Shown here piece after piece: positions 41,645 through 50,514 of a stretch of DNA of 64,000 nt. Position 1 is the first letter of the stretch, and the number at the start of each line of letters is the position of its first letter. The notes under the pieces were generated by a model. That model was not told the DNA's origin. It saw only the letters and a list, made by a program, of their open reading frames with translations, and did no database searches. The stretch is taken from contig JAFQJB010000020.1 in assembly GCA_017397305.1 (NCBI GenBank), positions 832-64,831 on the forward strand, written 5' to 3'. Source of the DNA: Clostridia bacterium (GTDB taxonomy: Bacteria; Bacillota; Clostridia; Christensenellales; Borkfalkiaceae). The translations under genes and the position numbers were made by a program.

Positions 41645-44251
41645 TTGACAAACTTCACCGTCCCAAAAGAAGACCTGCTTAAAACTCTCAACACTAACCA
41701 TGAACGCGGGCTTTCTTTAGAACAAGTTACCGCTCTAAAAGAGCAATACGGGCCAAACAAACTTAACCAAAAGAAAAAGAAGTCTTTGTTTATGCGGTTT
41801 TTGGACCAGTTCAAAGACGTTATGATTTTGATACTTATCGCGGCTGCGGTAGTATCGTTCGTTATCGCGTGCATTGAAGGCGATGCAAAAGAATTCTTTG
41901 AACCCGCCCTTATACTTTTAATAGTCATCGTTAACGCAGTGATGGGTGTTATGCAAGAGAGTAAGGCTGAAAAGGCACTGGACGCACTGCAAAATATGTC
42001 CGCCCCGCACGCAAGGGTCATCCGCGACGGAGTGGAAAAGATTATCGACGCGTCCGAACTTGTTCCCGGCGACATTATAAAGCTTGAAGCGGGCGACTTC
42101 GTGCCTGCGGACGCAAGGCTTTTATGGAGTGCAAGCCTAAAGAGTGAAGAATCGGCACTGACTGGTGAATCAGTTCCTTCCGAAAAGGACGCCGACTCCA
42201 CCCCAAAGGAAAAAGCCTCGATAGGTGACCGCACCAACATGGTGTTCTCGGGCTGTTCTATAACTTACGGAAGTGCACTAGCAGTGGTTACCGCAACGGG
42301 TATGAACACTGAAATGGGTAAGATTGCTAACCTTCTTGAAGGCGAAAAGTCTTCCCAAACCCCCTTACAGAAAAAACTTGCAAAACTAGGTAAATATTTA
42401 GGGTTTGTGGCTTTAGGGGCTTGTGCGATAATCTTTGCGATAGGGCTAATAAGCAAGACTATGGAGCCTATGGACGTGTTTATGACCGCCGTCTCCCTTG
42501 CAGTATCCGCTATACCCGAAGGGCTACCCGCAATAGTTACTATCGTTCTTTCAATCGGCGTTCAACGTATGGTAAAAAAGAACGCGCTTATAAGAAGGTT
42601 ACCCGCGGTAGAAACTCTGGGCAGTGCTTCGATAATTTGTTCGGATAAAACGGGTACGCTTACCCAAAACCGAATGACGCTTGTTAAAGCTTACGTTGAC
42701 GGAAACGGAGTGGAAGAAATTTGCGACACCAATACCGACGCGATTAAAAAACTTTTGACTTACGGCACGTTGTGTTCGGACGGCACGGTAAACTTTATAG
42801 ACGGGGAAATTAAGCACATTGGCGACCCCACCGAAACGTCCATAGTATACGGCGCAATGCGTAACGGCATTAAAAAAGAAGAAATAAATACACTCTATCC
42901 AAGGCTTGCGGTAATTCCTTTCGACTCGGATAGAAAACTTATGACCACGATAAACCAAATAGACGGCAAAACGGTGGTTATCGTAAAGGGTGCGTTCGAC
43001 GTTATGGAAAAGGCTTGCGTTTCGGGTGATTTAAGCTCGGCACGTGAGGTAGTTGACCAAATGAGCCAAAGCGCACTTAGGGTTATTGCTATCGGGTATA
43101 AAGTGATTGATTCCCTCCCCGATGAAATATCCCCCGCTACACTTGAAAACGGACTTACACTCATGGGACTTGTGGGCATGATTGACCCGCCGAGACCCGA
43201 AGCAAAAATTGCGGTTGCAACTTGTAGAGAAGCGGGCATTAAGCCTATTATGATTACGGGTGACCACGTAGTAACCGCCTCAGCAATTGCAAGAGAACTT
43301 GGCATTTTGCTTGACGGTGAACGCGCTATAACGGGTGCTGAACTTGACCTTATGACCGATGAGGAATTAAACAACGAGATAGAAAACATTTCGGTATATG
43401 CGAGAGTTTCACCCGAAAACAAGATAAGAATTGTTAAGGCATGGCAAAGAAAAGGTCAAGTTGTTTCAATGACCGGTGACGGCGTTAACGACGCCCCTGC
43501 ACTAAAGGCTGCGGATATAGGTTGTGCAATGGGTATCACGGGTACTGACGTTGCAAAGGGCGCTGCCGATATGACCTTGACCGACGACAATTTTGCAACA
43601 ATCGTCGATGCAGTAAAAGAAGGTAGAGGCATTTATGCTAACATTAAAAAGGTTGTAGGGTTTTTACTCGGCACAAATATTGGTGAAGTAATTACCGTGT
43701 TTTTTGCAATGATTCTTTGGCAACAATCCCCTTTCCTTTCAATGCAACTTCTATGGATAAACCTTGTTACCGACTCCCTCCCCGCTATTGCGCTCGGTAT
43801 GGAACCGGTTGAAAAGGACGTAATGAAACAAAAACCTAAGCCCAAAAACGAAAGCATTTTTGCAAACGGTTTAGGCGTGCGTATAATGCTACAAGGCTTG
43901 ATGTTCGGTGTTTTAGCACTCGTTGGGTTTAAGCTTGGCGAATACATTGGCGGAAGTTTAGAAGCAGGCAGAACGACCGCGTTTTTGGTTTTATCACTCT
44001 CTCAAGTCGTTCAAGCATACAATATGCGTTCTAACCACTCGCTATTTAGTTCTAACCCCTTCTCAAACAAAAAACTTAACTGGGCAACTCTTGGCTCTAT
44101 AGCCTCGGTAGTGTTGCTTCTTGCAACCCCGATTGGCTTTGCGTTCGGTCTCGTTTACTTGCCTTGGCAGTTATATTTGATTGGTTTTGGGCTTATCCTT
44201 GCCCCCATATTCTTTATGGAAATTATGAAACTTTTTATCAAAAACAAATAA
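41645..44251 (+). CDS. P-type (type IIA-like) calcium-transporting ATPase
   Basis: TGES, ICSDKTGTLT, MITGD and TGDGVNDAPALK motifs. TTG start with RBS AAAGGAGA. Confidence 0.9.
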   Translation: MTNFTVPKEDLLKTLNTNHERGLSLEQVTALKEQYGPNKLNQKKKKSLFMRFLDQFKDVMILILIAAAVVSFVIACIEGDAKEFFEPALILLIVIVNAVMGVMQESKAEKALDALQNMSAPHARVIRDGVEKIIDASELVPGDIIKLEAGDFVPADARLLWSASLKSEESALTGESVPSEKDADSTPKEKASIGDRTNMVFSGCSITYGSALAVVTATGMNTEMGKIANLLEGEKSSQTPLQKKLAKLGKYLGFVALGACAIIFAIGLISKTMEPMDVFMTAVSLAVSAIPEGLPAIVTIVLSIGVQRMVKKNALIRRLPAVETLGSASIICSDKTGTLTQNRMTLVKAYVDGNGVEEICDTNTDAIKKLLTYGTLCSDGTVNFIDGEIKHIGDPTETSIVYGAMRNGIKKEEINTLYPRLAVIPFDSDRKLMTTINQIDGKTVVIVKGAFDVMEKACVSGDLSSAREVVDQMSQSALRVIAIGYKVIDSLPDEISPATLENGLTLMGLVGMIDPPRPEAKIAVATCREAGIKPIMITGDHVVTASAIARELGILLDGERAITGAELDLMTDEELNNEIENISVYARVSPENKIRIVKAWQRKGQVVSMTGDGVNDAPALKAADIGCAMGITGTDVAKGAADMTLTDDNFATIVDAVKEGRGIYANIKKVVGFLLGTNIGEVITVFFAMILWQQSPFLSMQLLWINLVTDSLPAIALGMEPVEKDVMKQKPKPKNESIFANGLGVRIMLQGLMFGVLALVGFKLGEYIGGSLEAGRTTAFLVLSLSQVVQAYNMRSNHSLFSSNPFSNKKLNWATLGSIASVVLLLATPIGFAFGLVYLPWQLYLIGFGLILAPIFFMEIMKLFIKNK

Positions 44252-44260
44252 TTTATAAAG

Positions 44261-44294
44261 AAAAAAAACGGTGCGAATTTTCGCACCGTTTTTA
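44261..44294. terminator. bidirectional terminator
   Basis: AACGGTGCGA-attt-TCGCACCGTT with flanking A- and T-runs. Confidence 0.75.
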
Positions 44295-44304
44295 TTATAT
44301 TTTG

Positions 44305-45807
44305 TTATTTAGAATAATCTAAAAGTGATTTTGCATCAAGTTTATCGTAGTTTGCAATAAACGTTGCAAGTTCACCCGCAATCTTTTTAGCACCGCCATT
44401 ATCGTTAGATTCAATATTTAACGGAAGCAATGGGTCGTGGAGTGACAAGCGGAGCAAGAACCAGCCGTTGCCGTGGTCTTTATCTAAATTAACCCTAACA
44501 CCCTCGTAATTATTGGGAGCAAGCGACCAGCCTTCTTTGCCTTCTGCATAGGCGTTAAGGTCTAGTATAACCTTTTGACCATATTCTTTAAATTCGTCAA
44601 GCAAGATATTCATTCTAAACTCTACGCTCTCAGCGGGTTCTTCTAGGGTTGCAATAATAGATTCTAAAGTGTAACCTTCTTTTTTGCCCCTTGCAAGTTC
44701 GATTAAAAGTTTGGTTACGATATACGCGCCGTCATCGAGGAAATAGTTTTCCTTAAACGCGCCGTGACCTGAGGTTTCGATTGCAAGTTGGCTATCTTGA
44801 CCTGCGTTGTTTAGTTTGATTGATTCGTTGATAACGTTTCTATATCCCCTCTTAAATCTATGGTGAATACCGCCCTTTTCTTCAATAAATTTAGCAAGAC
44901 CAGTTGATGTTATAGAGTCGGTAACAATGGTCGTGCCGGGGTGTTCACGGAGAAGAATTGCAGAGAGCATTGCGATAATGCGGTTACGATTGAGTTCGCT
45001 TGCGTCCGACAAAACCGCACCCGCTCTATCAACGTCGGTATCAAATATAATGCCGAGGTCAGCGTTTTGTTCCTTAACCGCCTCAGTAATAGATTCCATT
45101 GCCTCTTTGTTTTCGGGGTTGGGGATATGGTTGGGGAAGCTTCCGTCGGGTTCTAGATATCTACTGCCCGTAGTGTCCGCGCCGAGAGGTTTAAGCACTT
45201 TGTCAACGTAGAATCCGCCCGCGCCATTACCTGCGTCCACAACGATTTTGAAGCCTTTAAGTGGCATATCTTCACCCGTTGCCTTTCTAATTTTATCAGC
45301 AAGAATTTTTGAATAAGTATCCATAAACTCGCCGTCGGTAAGACTCCCTTTTTCTAGCCCCGTAGTGTCGCCGTTTTCAGCATAGGTTAAAATCGCTTTG
45401 ATATCTTCCTTTTCTAAACCGCCGTTTGCAGTAAAGAACTTAAAGCCGTTTCTGTTAAAGGGAAGGTGACTTGCGGTAATCATAACCGAGCCGTCGAACG
45501 CATAGCCTTCGGTTACGGTAGACATAAACATTGCGGGGGTGGAAGCCATCTTAAAGTCGGTTACGTCAAGACCTGCTTCAACCATAGCAGAACAAATCCA
45601 CCCGCAAAGTGCTTCGCCCGATAAACGAGAGTCACGGCCTACTGCAACGCGAATTTTATCTTTGCCCGTTTTATTTTTAATCCAAACGGCAAAACCCCTA
45701 CCGATATCTTTACATACTTGTTCGGTAAGGTTAACGTGTTGACCTTCAATACCCTCTAGGGCAACGCCACGAATATCAGAGCCGTTTTGCAATTTCTTGT
45801 AATCCAT
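44305..45807 (-). CDS. phosphohexomutase (phosphomannomutase/phosphoglucomutase family)
   Basis: ITASHLP phosphoserine loop, FDTDVDR metal loop, and ETSGH. Confidence 0.85.
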   Translation of the reverse strand: MDYKKLQNGSDIRGVALEGIEGQHVNLTEQVCKDIGRGFAVWIKNKTGKDKIRVAVGRDSRLSGEALCGWICSAMVEAGLDVTDFKMASTPAMFMSTVTEGYAFDGSVMITASHLPFNRNGFKFFTANGGLEKEDIKAILTYAENGDTTGLEKGSLTDGEFMDTYSKILADKIRKATGEDMPLKGFKIVVDAGNGAGGFYVDKVLKPLGADTTGSRYLEPDGSFPNHIPNPENKEAMESITEAVKEQNADLGIIFDTDVDRAGAVLSDASELNRNRIIAMLSAILLREHPGTTIVTDSITSTGLAKFIEEKGGIHHRFKRGYRNVINESIKLNNAGQDSQLAIETSGHGAFKENYFLDDGAYIVTKLLIELARGKKEGYTLESIIATLEEPAESVEFRMNILLDEFKEYGQKVILDLNAYAEGKEGWSLAPNNYEGVRVNLDKDHGNGWFLLRLSLHDPLLPLNIESNDNGGAKKIAGELATFIANYDKLDAKSLLDYSK

Positions 45808-46006
45808 ATCTATCTCCTTAAAACCTTTATTAAAGGTTAATTTTTAGTTAAGTCAATGATACCATAAACCTTTCTTCTTGTCAATTCTTAGTCTAAATAA
45901 AAGGAAAAAACTACCTATTTTAATTTGTCTTTTCTCTTGATTAGTTTATATAAATGTGTTATAATGTTTTGCGCAAAAACTATTATAAATTTTTTTGGGA
46001 GATACT

Positions 46007-47308
46007 ATGAAAAAAGACTTTTTGTGGGGCGTTTCAACGGCGGCTGGACAAATTGAAGGCAGTGTGTTAGAAGATGGACGCGGACTTTCTATTTGGGACG
46101 CATTTTGCCGTATTCCAGGAAGCATAGCAAACAACGATACGACAGACGTCGCTTGTTCTAGCTATAAACTTTGGAGGGAAGACGTAAAACTACTAAAAGA
46201 CTTAGGCGTAAATTCTTATCGATATTCAATATCTTGGTCGCGTGTACTTCCAGCAGGCAAAGGAAAGATAAATCAAGCGGGACTTGATTATTATAAAAGG
46301 CTTACCGACACCTTGCTAAACGAGGGTATCGCCCCTAACATCACGTTATATCACTGGGATTTACCATACGAACTTCACCGCCTTGGCGGTTGGCTAAATC
46401 GCGACGTTGCCGATTGGTTTGCCGACTATGCTGAAATTATATTTAAAGAAATTCCCGATGCGTATATGTTCTCTACCCACAACGAACCTATTGCAACCTA
46501 CGTGGGATATGCAAAAAAGGTGTTTGCCCCGGGGTTTGCGGTTGAAGAGTATGGAAGGCAAGCGAACCACAATCTTCTTTTATCGCACGGAAAGGCGGTT
46601 GAAAGGTTTAGAGCATCTAACAGCAAAGCAAAAATCGGTATTGTTATAGACGTGTGGAATCGCGTTCCGCTAGACCCTAAAAATGAAGATGACGTAAAAT
46701 ATGCAAAAGAGCAAAATGCTTTGGCTCACGGCAATTACCTATCCCCTATCTTTTCTGGAAAATATAACGATATTTATCTTTCTTATTTGGAAAAGAACAA
46801 CATCAAACTTCAAACGGAGCAAAAAGATTTTGAACTTATCTCCGCACCGCTAGACTTTTTTGGGCTAAACTGCTACAACAGAATGGTGGTTAGTGCGTCT
46901 GGCGCAAACGTAAGGCAAACCCTTACCCAAAACGGCGGAAACTTTTTGCAAAACGGTCAAGAATACTACCCCGACGCTATTTACGATACGGTTAAAATTA
47001 TACGCAAAGATTTTAACGTTAATCTTCCCATATATATTACTGAAAACGGCGTAGGCTTTAAGAATGAGCAAGAAGTTGACGGAATAATCTTAGACGATGA
47101 AAGAATAAAATATTTGACTGCAAGCTTTAACTCTATAAAAAGATTGCTTGACGAGGGTGAAGACGTTAGAGGGTATTACCTTTGGTCACTGCTCGATAAC
47201 TTTGAGTGGACGGCTGGGTATTCGACCAAGTACGGAATACACACCATTGATAGAAAACCCAAAAAATCAGCACTATTTTATAAAGAACACATAAAAAACA
47301 ACGGCTAA
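46007..47308 (+). CDS. GH1 beta-glucosidase / 6-phospho-beta-glucosidase family
   Basis: FLWGVSTAAGQIEG, acid/base THNEP, nucleophile ITENG. Start set at MKKDF (RBS GGGAGA). Confidence 0.9.
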   Translation: MKKDFLWGVSTAAGQIEGSVLEDGRGLSIWDAFCRIPGSIANNDTTDVACSSYKLWREDVKLLKDLGVNSYRYSISWSRVLPAGKGKINQAGLDYYKRLTDTLLNEGIAPNITLYHWDLPYELHRLGGWLNRDVADWFADYAEIIFKEIPDAYMFSTHNEPIATYVGYAKKVFAPGFAVEEYGRQANHNLLLSHGKAVERFRASNSKAKIGIVIDVWNRVPLDPKNEDDVKYAKEQNALAHGNYLSPIFSGKYNDIYLSYLEKNNIKLQTEQKDFELISAPLDFFGLNCYNRMVVSASGANVRQTLTQNGGNFLQNGQEYYPDAIYDTVKIIRKDFNVNLPIYITENGVGFKNEQEVDGIILDDERIKYLTASFNSIKRLLDEGEDVRGYYLWSLLDNFEWTAGYSTKYGIHTIDRKPKKSALFYKEHIKNNG

Positions 47309-47322
47309 TAACAAGGAACAAA

Positions 47323-48750
47323 ATGAGAAAATTTGACACAAAAGTTCAACACCTTAAATATAAAGTCTTGCGCGAGGTTGCAAAATGCGCGTGGGAAGAT
47401 ACTTTAGAAAAAGAACTTATCAATATCCCCAACGTTATCGTCCCTGGAAAAACTGCAACCATGCGTTGTTGCGTTTATAAAGAGCGCGCTATCGTTAGTG
47501 AAAGGGTTAAACTTGCTATCGGTGGAAACAAGGATAATAAAAACGTTATAGAGGTTATAGACATCGCTTGTGACGAATGCCCTATGGGTGGATATGAAGT
47601 TACGGGCGCATGCAGAGGCTGTCTTGCACACCGCTGTGAAGACGCGTGCAAAAAGGGTGCAATTACGATAGATGCACAAATGAAAGCGCATATCGACAAG
47701 GAAAAATGCGTTGAATGTGGTATGTGTGCAAAGGTTTGTCCGTATAGTGCAATAATAAACCACAAACGTCCGTGCGAACAAGCATGCAAGGTTAAGGCAA
47801 TTTCTATGGACGAAAGCAAGGCTGCAAAAATCAATGATGAAAAGTGTATTGCTTGCGGTGCGTGTGTTTATCAATGCCCGTGGGGTGCAATCAACGATAA
47901 ATCGTTTATTTTGGACGTTATATCAATGATTAAAAACAAGCAAACCGCTAAAAACAAGGTATACGCGGTCGTTGCCCCCTCTATTGCAAGTCAGTTTGTA
48001 TATGCTAAACTAGGTCAGGTCATAAAGGGTATAAAAGAACTCGGCTTTGATGAGGTTGTTGAAGCGGCTCTCGGTGCAGATATCGTTGCTCTATCCGAAG
48101 CAAAGGAACTTACTGAAAAGGGATTTTTGACAAGTTCTTGCTGTCCCGCATTCGTTTCTTACGTTAAAAAACAATTCCCCGACCTTGCTGAATACATATC
48201 GCACAACCTATCCCCTATGGCTACCATTTCAAAGCAAATTAAAGAAAAGGAGCCGAACGCAAAAGTTGTGTTTATCGGGCCTTGCACGGCAAAGAAAATG
48301 GAATTCCAAAGAGAAGACGTCTCTCCTTACGTTGACACCGTTATCACCTTTGAAGAATTGCAAGCACTTTTCGATTCTAAAAATATAGAGATTACCGAGC
48401 TTGAAGAAGAGCAAATCGACCACGCCTCCTACTACGGCAGAATTTTCGCAAGGAGTTGCGGGTTATCAGAAGCCGTTGCCGAGGGACTTAAAGAACGTGG
48501 ACTTGCCGACTTTGACCTTAAAGCCGTTGCGTGCGACGGTATCGAGGCTTGTAGGGTTGCTCTGCTTAAAGCAAGCAAACGTATTTTAGACGGAAACTTT
48601 ATTGAAGGTATGGCTTGCGTAAACGGTTGCGTTGGCGGTGCGGGATGTTTAACCCACGGCGACACAAACCGCATAAAGATTGACAAGTTTGGTAAAATGG
48701 CGGACTTTAACACCATTACCGACGCGGTTAACTCTATCGATAAAAATTAA
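47323..48750 (+). CDS. [FeFe]-hydrogenase catalytic subunit with a Cys-rich ferredoxin-like N-terminal part (group-B-like architecture)
   Basis: H-cluster motifs TSSCCPAFV, GPCTAKKME and EGMACVNGCVGGAGC. Two CxxCxxCxxxCP motifs plus extra Cys clusters. Starts 14 nt after the GH1 stop. Confidence 0.8.
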   Translation: MRKFDTKVQHLKYKVLREVAKCAWEDTLEKELINIPNVIVPGKTATMRCCVYKERAIVSERVKLAIGGNKDNKNVIEVIDIACDECPMGGYEVTGACRGCLAHRCEDACKKGAITIDAQMKAHIDKEKCVECGMCAKVCPYSAIINHKRPCEQACKVKAISMDESKAAKINDEKCIACGACVYQCPWGAINDKSFILDVISMIKNKQTAKNKVYAVVAPSIASQFVYAKLGQVIKGIKELGFDEVVEAALGADIVALSEAKELTEKGFLTSSCCPAFVSYVKKQFPDLAEYISHNLSPMATISKQIKEKEPNAKVVFIGPCTAKKMEFQREDVSPYVDTVITFEELQALFDSKNIEITELEEEQIDHASYYGRIFARSCGLSEAVAEGLKERGLADFDLKAVACDGIEACRVALLKASKRILDGNFIEGMACVNGCVGGAGCLTHGDTNRIKIDKFGKMADFNTITDAVNSIDKN

Positions 48751-48765
48751 ACGATATAAAAAAAT

Positions 48766-48807
48766 AAACTCGCTAAACTAAAGTTTAGCGAGTTTTCTTT
48801 TTTTAAT
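48766..48807. terminator. bidirectional terminator
   Basis: AAACTCGCTAAAC-taaa-GTTTAGCGAGTTT followed by TCTTTTTTT. Confidence 0.75.
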
Positions 48808-48813
48808 TTAATC

Positions 48814-50283
48814 TTACAACAAACCTATCATTAGGTTGCAAGCAAGTACGATAAGTACGAGTGCGATAGGATAGGTTGATGCGTATGCACCTGCAACGTC
48901 GTCCGTTTCAGCAGTATTGATAAGCGTGCCGAGTGCGGGAGTTGAAGTCATACCGCCAGTGATTGAACCGAGGTTGCTAAGAAGCGGAAGTTTTAAGAGT
49001 TTCTTGCCAAGGAAGAAACCAACAACCATGGGAAGAAGTGTCATTACTGCACCACCGAGGAAGCCCCAAGCAACTATTCTTCCGCCACCATTGCTTGCAA
49101 CTTGTGAAACCAAGTTAACACCACCGTCTACACCAGCACCGATGAGGAAGAGCATAAGTCCAAGTTCACGAAGAACTTTTGCAGAGTGTGCGGGAACTTC
49201 CAAAGAAAGCCTACCGATTCTACCAAAGTGACCGAATACGAGACACATAATGAGAACGCCACCAGTTGTGCCGAGTGAGAAGCAAGCGCCGTTATAACCC
49301 TTGCCAGTGAGCGGGATTTTAATCGCACCAATTAATAAACCAGAAACGATTGCAAGTGCCAAAGGCATAAGACCGAAGTCGTCACACTTAAAGAGTTTTT
49401 TGGTTGTTTTCTTTTCAGTGCTTGCAAGAACGTCGGGTTTTAAAAGTCCCCTTTCGTGTTCCATATTAGCCTTCATAAATTTGGGCATAAGTTGAACGAA
49501 AAGAACAACACCGATAACGCCGAAGGGATATGCAACTGCGTGACCGAGTGTTACCAGCCCCGCAGATTCCCCTGCAACTTCTAGTGCTGCAGAATATCCG
49601 GGGGTTGATGTGAGCGCACCAGACAAAATACCAGCAGAATATTCAGGACCGATTTCGGGAATAAGCGCAAACACAACTGCGGTAAGAGTACCAACCAAAA
49701 TGATTACGATACCCATAACGATATAGGTTTTGAAGTTTTTCTTTAAGTCTCTAAAGAATTTAGGTCCAGCAATGAAACCAACCGAGCCAACGAAAAGTAC
49801 CAAACCAACGTTTTGAAGCGCACTCTTATAGTAGGGCAAGTTGGTTGATGCTTTTTGAATAACCTCGTTATTTACTTTGTCAACGATTTCTGCTTGGAGA
49901 TGCAATGCGCCTAAAACGGGCATGTTTTCCGGAATAAGAGTACACAAAAAGCCGAACAAGATTGCAACCAAGAATACACCAGCAGTACCAAGTGATACGC
50001 CTTTAATAGTTACTCTACCAAGCAAATAGCCAAGCGCAGTTATAATAAAGATACCCACTAAGAATGCAGCGATACTGATAATGTTTGATATACCGAAAGT
50101 TGTTTTTTGGTAGTCACCAAACTTATCGTAAACGTCCTTGCCCCAAGTTGATGCAATAGCACACCAAACGGCAATACCAGCAACAACAACGAGAGCAATG
50201 GTTATCCAAAGCCATTTTAGGCTTTTCTTTTTAGGAGCAGGCACAAATTCGGTCTGTTCCGTTTGCAAGTTTTCCTTTTCCAT
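48814..50283 (-). CDS. AAE-family (YidE/YbjL/AspT/SucE-like) transporter lacking the central TrkA-C domains
   Basis: Duplicated GYLLGRVTIKGVSLGTAGVFLVAILFG and FSLGTTGGVLIMCLVFGHFGRIG permease halves, joined by a short loop. Confidence 0.65.
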   Translation of the reverse strand: MEKENLQTEQTEFVPAPKKKSLKWLWITIALVVVAGIAVWCAIASTWGKDVYDKFGDYQKTTFGISNIISIAAFLVGIFIITALGYLLGRVTIKGVSLGTAGVFLVAILFGFLCTLIPENMPVLGALHLQAEIVDKVNNEVIQKASTNLPYYKSALQNVGLVLFVGSVGFIAGPKFFRDLKKNFKTYIVMGIVIILVGTLTAVVFALIPEIGPEYSAGILSGALTSTPGYSAALEVAGESAGLVTLGHAVAYPFGVIGVVLFVQLMPKFMKANMEHERGLLKPDVLASTEKKTTKKLFKCDDFGLMPLALAIVSGLLIGAIKIPLTGKGYNGACFSLGTTGGVLIMCLVFGHFGRIGRLSLEVPAHSAKVLRELGLMLFLIGAGVDGGVNLVSQVASNGGGRIVAWGFLGGAVMTLLPMVVGFFLGKKLLKLPLLSNLGSITGGMTSTPALGTLINTAETDDVAGAYASTYPIALVLIVLACNLMIGLL

Positions 50284-50354
50284 TTTTTCTCCTTTAATTT
50301 ATGAAACTATATTTCATCTTTTCCCTATCACTATATACGATATAACAGTTTGCT

Positions 50355-50396
50355 ACCCGACGGCAAAAATGCCGTCGGGTAATTTTTACTTTTTCT
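50355..50396 (+). terminator. GC-rich hairpin plus T-tract with plus-strand polarity (opposite to both flanking genes)
   Basis: ACCCGACGGCA-aaaa-TGCCGTCGGGT followed by AATTTTTACTTTTTC. Confidence 0.5.
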
Positions 50397-50397
50397 T

Positions 50398-50514
50398 AAA
50401 GGGTTAGAAGCGAGTTGCAGTAGGCTCGCGAAGTGTTTTGGATGAGATAAACCTTGTTGGTTATCGAAGTCAAAACACTAAGCAGAAACGACCTGCAACG
50501 ATGCTTATAAACGT
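50398..50514. repeat. family B structured repeat, solitary copy B4
   Basis: The 77-nt core 50414-50490 differs from 16428-16504 at 6 positions (manual alignment). It ends at the stop codon of the frdA-like gene. Confidence 0.85.

Noticed and set aside
41602-42240. 212-aa minus-strand ORF overlapping the start of the P-type ATPase
   Set aside because: It is antisense to an ATPase region with canonical motifs. Its Ser/Ala-rich composition is typical of a reverse-frame artefact, and it has no RBS.
45824-45840. Palindrome AACCTTTAttAAAGGTT just upstream of the phosphohexomutase start
   Set aside because: It is a single short AT-rich palindrome overlapping the RBS region. It could be an operator, but there is no second site or adjacent regulator. 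I noted it without making a claim.
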